Source: Gemmatimonadota bacterium (GTDB lineage Bacteria > Gemmatimonadota > Gemmatimonadetes > Palauibacterales > Palauibacteraceae). Taken from it: a DNA stretch of 64,000 nucleotides. The notes below the pieces were generated by a model. The model was not told the origin of the DNA. It worked only from the letters and a program-made list of their open reading frames with translations, and did no database searches. The DNA lies in NCBI GenBank assembly GCA_963666735.1, contig OY762926.1:672001-736000 (forward strand), in the 5' to 3' direction. Below are positions 59,663-64,000 of this stretch, piece by piece. The number at the start of each line of letters is the position of its first letter. Position 1 is the first letter of the stretch. A program made the translations under genes and the position numbers.

Positions 59663-61246
59663 CTATCCATCTCCCGCGCGGCCCGCCAAGAAGGACGCGA
59701 CCTGGCGGTCGGTCTCGCGTGCGAGCCGCTCCACGAGTCCGGGCCCGTAGCGGCAAAGGAAGGAGAGCGGGTTCAGCACGCGTTCCTGAGGGCGCCGCCG
59801 CGGAGAGAGGTTCGCCCCCGCGCGGCGCACCTGGCCCAGCCGGACGTCGAGTCGTTGCCGGGTCGCGCGGTCCACCTGGCGCGACAGTCCGGAGACGGCA
59901 TCGAGGACGCCTTTCCGCATCTTCCCCGCCGCCCCCCGCAGCCCCGGCACCTCTTGGGCCACGGCCTCCTCGATCGCGGCCATCCCGGTCTCGGCACCCT
60001 CCCGGAAACGCCCGAGCGCACGCTCCACCGCTTCCGGCCGCGCCTCCCGCGTGAGGCGTTCGACGACCGGCTCCGCTCCCCCGGCGAGATCCTGCGGCGA
60101 AAGCCCCGTCCGCTCGAGAACCCGTCGCGTGCGCGCCTCGACCAACGTCCACGCCGCGCGCGGATGGATGGACGGAAGGGGCACGTCGAGGTGGCCGAAC
60201 AGCGGCCCGAGTTGGCTCCAATACGCGATCTCGCCGGGTCCCAGCACCGTCGCGACCACGGGGAAGAGGTAGGACTCGAGCGCGGGGCGGGACGCGACGT
60301 TCGGCGAAAAGCTCTCGGGCGCGGCCTCCAGCCGTTCGTGCCAGCTTTCCGGCCGCGCCGTCCCGTCGCGCCGGACCCGATGTCTGCCGCCGCCGTCGTC
60401 GAAAAACAGCGGCAGCGCATCCTCGACGCGTGAGATCGGCGCCTCGAAACCCGACGCCAGCAGCGCGCGCCCGCCCGCCGCCTCGGCCTCCAGGGCTCCG
60501 TCCCAGTCGGCGAGAAGCCGGCGATACAGGGGGATCGCGGCGCGCCGGACGTCCGCCTTCGCGGAATCGATCCAGACGTACCCCCGATCGCCGAGGACGC
60601 CCGCGAGGAAGCGGGCGAAAGCCGCGGAGACCGAACGTCCCTCGGCATAGGCGTCCCGCACCAACTCCAGGTAGTGCGCCGTAAACTCCGATTGGGGAAC
60701 GACTTCCGGCAGCGTGTCGAGGACGTCCATTGCGGGACCGTCCAGCACGTGCGATCCGACGGAGCGGCGCTCGCCGCCAGCGGGGACGGGAAGGATGAGT
60801 GTCCGCGCGGCGTCGGACCGGTCGAGGATCGCCGCGCTTCCCACCTCGTCCCAGTCGTGGTCGTCCGAGGCGATCCAGAACAGCGGAACGACGGGCGCGC
60901 CGAGCGTCCGCTCGAGCCGGGCGGCGAGCGAGATGGCGGTGAGCGCCTTGTAGAGGACGTAGAGGGGCCCGAGGAGGAGGACGGGCTGGTGCCCCGCCGT
61001 GACGAAGGCTCCCCGCCCCCGGAGGACGGACTCGAGGCGTGTGCGGGCCCCGGCTCCGGAGACGCCGAAGGACTCGGGTCCGAGCCGGGAGGGGCGCGCG
61101 GGCGGACGAGTGGCGGCAAGACCGCTGGCGAGCGGGAGAAAGCCGGGGTCGTCGGCCCCCAGGACGGCGTGCGAGATGGAGCCGGCCACGCCCAGGGGGC
61201 GCGAGAGGATTTCCGGGTTCTCCGGCGGATTCACAGACGGATTCAC
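59663..61246 (-). CDS. bshC: Bacillithiol biosynthesis cysteine-adding enzyme BshC
   Basis: VTAGHQP.LLLGPLY.LYKA, PLFWIASDDHDWDE, FSPNV..RP, GPGEIAYW.QL, PQERVLN. Confidence 0.92.
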   Translation of the reverse strand: MNPSVNPPENPEILSRPLGVAGSISHAVLGADDPGFLPLASGLAATRPPARPSRLGPESFGVSGAGARTRLESVLRGRGAFVTAGHQPVLLLGPLYVLYKALTAISLAARLERTLGAPVVPLFWIASDDHDWDEVGSAAILDRSDAARTLILPVPAGGERRSVGSHVLDGPAMDVLDTLPEVVPQSEFTAHYLELVRDAYAEGRSVSAAFARFLAGVLGDRGYVWIDSAKADVRRAAIPLYRRLLADWDGALEAEAAGGRALLASGFEAPISRVEDALPLFFDDGGGRHRVRRDGTARPESWHERLEAAPESFSPNVASRPALESYLFPVVATVLGPGEIAYWSQLGPLFGHLDVPLPSIHPRAAWTLVEARTRRVLERTGLSPQDLAGGAEPVVERLTREARPEAVERALGRFREGAETGMAAIEEAVAQEVPGLRGAAGKMRKGVLDAVSGLSRQVDRATRQRLDVRLGQVRRAGANLSPRRRPQERVLNPLSFLCRYGPGLVERLARETDRQVASFLAGRAGDG

Positions 61247-61995
61247 AGTGTCCGTCCCATCAGCAGCAGGCGGGCCGAGTCGCCTCGAAACGGCGTCCCG
61301 TCGTAACCGCCGAAAGTGTTCGTCGCCTCGAGTCCCTGTTCACGGAGGAGCGTGCGCAGCGCATCCGGGGAATAGAGGCGCACGCGTTCGTGGTAGACCT
61401 CCGGTTCGCGGCCGGCGGTCCCTCCGATCTCGATCCGCTTGAAGACCTGGTCTCCTTCCACCCACCGCGTCTGCCTCACGGGGGTTCCGTTGATCTCGCC
61501 CGCGGACTCCGGGTCGAGGCGGTCGATGACCCATGCCGCGTGCAGATAGTCCATCAGGAAGGGGGCGCCGGGGCGCAGCACCCGCCGGATTTCCCGGAGA
61601 ACTTCGATGTCCTCTTCCGGCGTGAGAAAGTAGCCGAAGGAGGTGAAGAAATTCACCAGACCGTCGAACGTCCCGGCGGCGAAGGGGAGCCTGCGCATGT
61701 CCGCGCGGACGAGGGATCCGTCCACGCCCGGGCGCGCTCGGGCCGCATCGAGGAGCGGTGCGGAAAGGTCGATCCCGACCGCCTGCAGATCCGCCGCCCG
61801 GAGACGCTGCAGGTGCCGCCCGGCGCCACAGGCGAGGTCGAGGACGCGGGCGCCCGCCGCGAGCCCCGTGCGCTCGCGGTAGAGCGCGACCGCGCGGGCG
61901 GCCTCCTCCTCATCCCGATGCGGATACAGCTCGAGATAGGCTCGGCCGAACCAGTCCCTGAACCACTCGGCGGGGGCGTTCATCGATCCGCTCAC
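61243..61995 (-). CDS. Class I SAM-dependent methyltransferase (candidate bacillithiol N-methyltransferase)
   Basis: WF..WF...Y..LY.HRD..EA, LDLACGAGRH, NFFTSFGYF, ERVRLY; stop overlaps the bshC start. Confidence 0.88.
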   Translation of the reverse strand: MSGSMNAPAEWFRDWFGRAYLELYPHRDEEEAARAVALYRERTGLAAGARVLDLACGAGRHLQRLRAADLQAVGIDLSAPLLDAARARPGVDGSLVRADMRRLPFAAGTFDGLVNFFTSFGYFLTPEEDIEVLREIRRVLRPGAPFLMDYLHAAWVIDRLDPESAGEINGTPVRQTRWVEGDQVFKRIEIGGTAGREPEVYHERVRLYSPDALRTLLREQGLEATNTFGGYDGTPFRGDSARLLLMGRTL

Positions 61996-62002
61996 GGTTC
62001 GC

Positions 62003-62479
62003 TCAGGGCCCCTTGTGGTACGGCTCGCCGCGGAGGATCGTGGCTGCCCGGTAGAGTTGCTCCGTGAGAACGAGTCGCGCGACTTCGTGCGGAAGCGTCA
62101 TGCCCGAGAGCGCGAGCCGGGCCCGAGCCCGGTCGAGCAGCCGCGGGGCGAGGCCGTGCGCCCCTCCGATCGCGAACGCGGCTCCGGGCCGTCCGTAGGT
62201 GCGCATGTCGTCGATGTAGTCCGCGAGGGCCCGCGTGGTCCAGCGCTCACCGTCGCGCGTGAGCGCGATGAATTCCAGCTCGTCGGGGAGCCGCCGATCG
62301 AGGGCCGCCGCCTCCCGCTCCCGCGCTTCCGGGGCGCGCGCATCGGGAAGTCGCGCCGGAGCGACCACGACGGCCTCGAAGCGGATGTACCTCCGCAGGC
62401 GGTCTTCATATTCCTCCGTCGCCCTTCGAAGAGCGGTGGCCCGGTTCCGTCCGACCGAGGCCACGAGAATCCGAGTCAC
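62003..62479 (-). CDS. rlmH: 23S rRNA pseudouridine-1915 N3-methyltransferase
   Basis: FAIGGAHGL, LSGMTLPHE.ARLVL.EQLYRA.TI.RGEPYHK. Confidence 0.95.
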   Translation of the reverse strand: MTRILVASVGRNRATALRRATEEYEDRLRRYIRFEAVVVAPARLPDARAPEAREREAAALDRRLPDELEFIALTRDGERWTTRALADYIDDMRTYGRPGAAFAIGGAHGLAPRLLDRARARLALSGMTLPHEVARLVLTEQLYRAATILRGEPYHKGP

Positions 62480-63999
62480 TCTTCGGCCGGCGGACCAGCG
62501 TCTCTCCGGTCCGATGCCGTATCGCGAATCAGGCGTCTCACCTCTTCCCAGCCGGCCTTCCATGTGAGAGTCTCGGGGAGCACCCAGATCGGCAGGTCCG
62601 AGTCGAAGAGCGGGCCGAGCCGGGAGAGATCCTTGCGCGTGGTGAGCACGCCGCCCCGCCCCGCCGCCCGGGTCACGGCCGTCCGTTCTCTCGGCGATGG
62701 AACCCCATGATCGCTTAACGCGAGTTGCTCCCGAACCGACGCACACGCGGCGCCGGCCTGCGCGAAGAAAAGATTGGGCTTCATGATCCCGGTCAAGGCA
62801 ACGCGCGGCGCCGGCGATCCCGGCCAGCCGCGCGCCCCGGCGCTGGCGGCCTCGGGGGAGCCGTAGCCGAACACGGCCGTCGCCACGGGGACGCCGCGGG
62901 CCAGACGCTCGATGCGGGCCCGGAGTTCGCCGTCGAAGCGGGACAGTTCGGCCGTCCAGGGTTCCCGCCCCGTGGTGACGATCGCGTGGGCACGAACGAC
63001 GGCCCGTTCCCAGGACTCGCGAAACGGACCGGCGGGGAGTCGGGCCCGGTTCGTCCGGCGAAGCGCATCCCGGTCGAGGACGAGGAGGTTCAGATCGCGG
63101 AAGAGGCGGCGGTGCTGAAAGCCATCGTCGACGATGGCGACCGTCGCTCCCTCCGCGGCTGCCCGCCGCGCGGACCGCAGCCGGTCCGGGTGGCCGCGGA
63201 TCGATGTTCCCGGTGCTTCATGCGCGAGCAGCTCGAGCTCGTCGGTGTATCCCCGCGCGAGAAGGGCCGGGCGATGCCCGGCCTCCTGGAGCGTACGGGC
63301 AATGCAGGCGGCGAGCGGTGTCTTGCCGCTTCCTCCGATTGTGACGCCGCCGACCGATATCACGGGGATGCCGGCGGAGTGCGCGCCCAGAAGGCCGAGA
63401 TCGTAAAGGCGGTGCCGACCCTCGTGGACACCGCCGTAGATGCGGGCCAGCCCCCTCAGGGGCAGCGCCGCGCGCGGACGGCGCCACTGGTCGCGGAGAC
63501 GGCGTTCGAGCGAGCGCCGCACCGGAGTCCCGCGCCCCGGCCGCGGCATGCGATCCCCCTCGGACCCCTCGCCCTCGCGTCCCTCGCGCACGATGAGCGG
63601 CGGACGGGCGCGGCGCGCCTCCCGCGCCGCCTGCTCGCAGCGCGCCACCTCCCGCTGGAGTGCGGCCTGTATGTCCCCGGTGTCGGGAGCGCCATCCTGA
63701 AGGACCGGGGCGAGCGACACGAACACCGTGGCCCCGGGGGCGGGGATGAGGAAGCGATCCCAGCTCGGGAGCCGCGGGCCGGTCGAGGCCGCGACTCCGA
63801 CCACGGTCACGGAACTGTCCATCAGCATCGCGATGCGCGCCGTGCCTTCCTTCAACGACCGCCGCGGACCGCGGGGTCCGTCACCCGTGAGAATCACGCC
63901 GCGTCCCGCCGCGAAGGAGCGCGCCAACTGGCGGAAGCCGGCCGAACCGCCGCGTGTGCTCGAGCCCCTGGCCACCTCGTAACCGAGGCGCCGGAGGAT
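62476..63999 (-). CDS. lpxK: DUF374 acyltransferase-like domain fused in frame to tetraacyldisaccharide 4'-kinase; 5' truncated
   Basis: N-part RGSSTRGG..DGPRGP..SWDRFLIP; C-part PVISVGGVTIGGSGKTP, RGY, DDGFQH, LPAGPFRE, TTRKD; no stop codon between the two parts. Confidence 0.85.
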   Translation of the reverse strand: MLRRLGYEVARGSSTRGGSAGFRQLARSFAAGRGVILTGDGPRGPRRSLKEGTARIAMLMDSSVTVVGVAASTGPRLPSWDRFLIPAPGATVFVSLAPVLQDGAPDTGDIQAALQREVARCEQAAREARRARPPLIVREGREGEGSEGDRMPRPGRGTPVRRSLERRLRDQWRRPRAALPLRGLARIYGGVHEGRHRLYDLGLLGAHSAGIPVISVGGVTIGGSGKTPLAACIARTLQEAGHRPALLARGYTDELELLAHEAPGTSIRGHPDRLRSARRAAAEGATVAIVDDGFQHRRLFRDLNLLVLDRDALRRTNRARLPAGPFRESWERAVVRAHAIVTTGREPWTAELSRFDGELRARIERLARGVPVATAVFGYGSPEAASAGARGWPGSPAPRVALTGIMKPNLFFAQAGAACASVREQLALSDHGVPSPRERTAVTRAAGRGGVLTTRKDLSRLGPLFDSDLPIWVLPETLTWKAGWEEVRRLIRDTASDRRDAGPPAEE

Positions 64000-64000
64000 G

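Overview
High-GC bacterial chromosome segment. Gene content and order suggest Gemmatimonadota (inference). The window appears to span the replication terminus. A XerC/XerD dif-like site sits at 43591-43618; almost all genes left of it are on + and all called genes right of it are on -. Left arm: sucD (partial), an IS1182-family element inserted at the sucD stop codon, ndk, rpmF-plsX-fabD-fabG-acpP-fabF (no fabH), purE, ispF, dedA, xerD, and a counter-oriented two-gene cassette (Schlafen/AlbA_2-HATPase_c_4 gene split by an intact IS3 element, coupled to an orphan ParA). These are followed by kdsB-pyrG-kdsA-kdsC-lptC-lptA-lptB-rpoN, a glycosylation cluster (GT2, GT4, two methyltransferases, two GT-C-type proteins, flippase-like protein, polyprenol-P-mannose synthase), a K+ channel and three tandem DUF5916/CBM9-like paralogues. 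Right arm: TPR, DUF368, pcm, surE, MerR, gpsA, plsY, der, DUF512, TPR, thrC-like, gltX, uvrC, murJ, bshC with a coupled methyltransferase, rlmH and a DUF374-LpxK fusion. Top leads: (1) LptC and LptA carry about 28 clustered D-S/T-(A/V/L/T) motifs matching the Bacteroidota O-glycosylation sequon, in the same gene run as GT-C and mannose-donor enzymes; (2) an IS-inactivated Schlafen-ParA candidate defence module; (3) the dif site; (4) a possible N-methyl-bacillithiol gene pair; (5) murJ with no canonical start codon. No tRNA, rRNA or CRISPR array was seen. All family calls come from motif recognition, not database searches.
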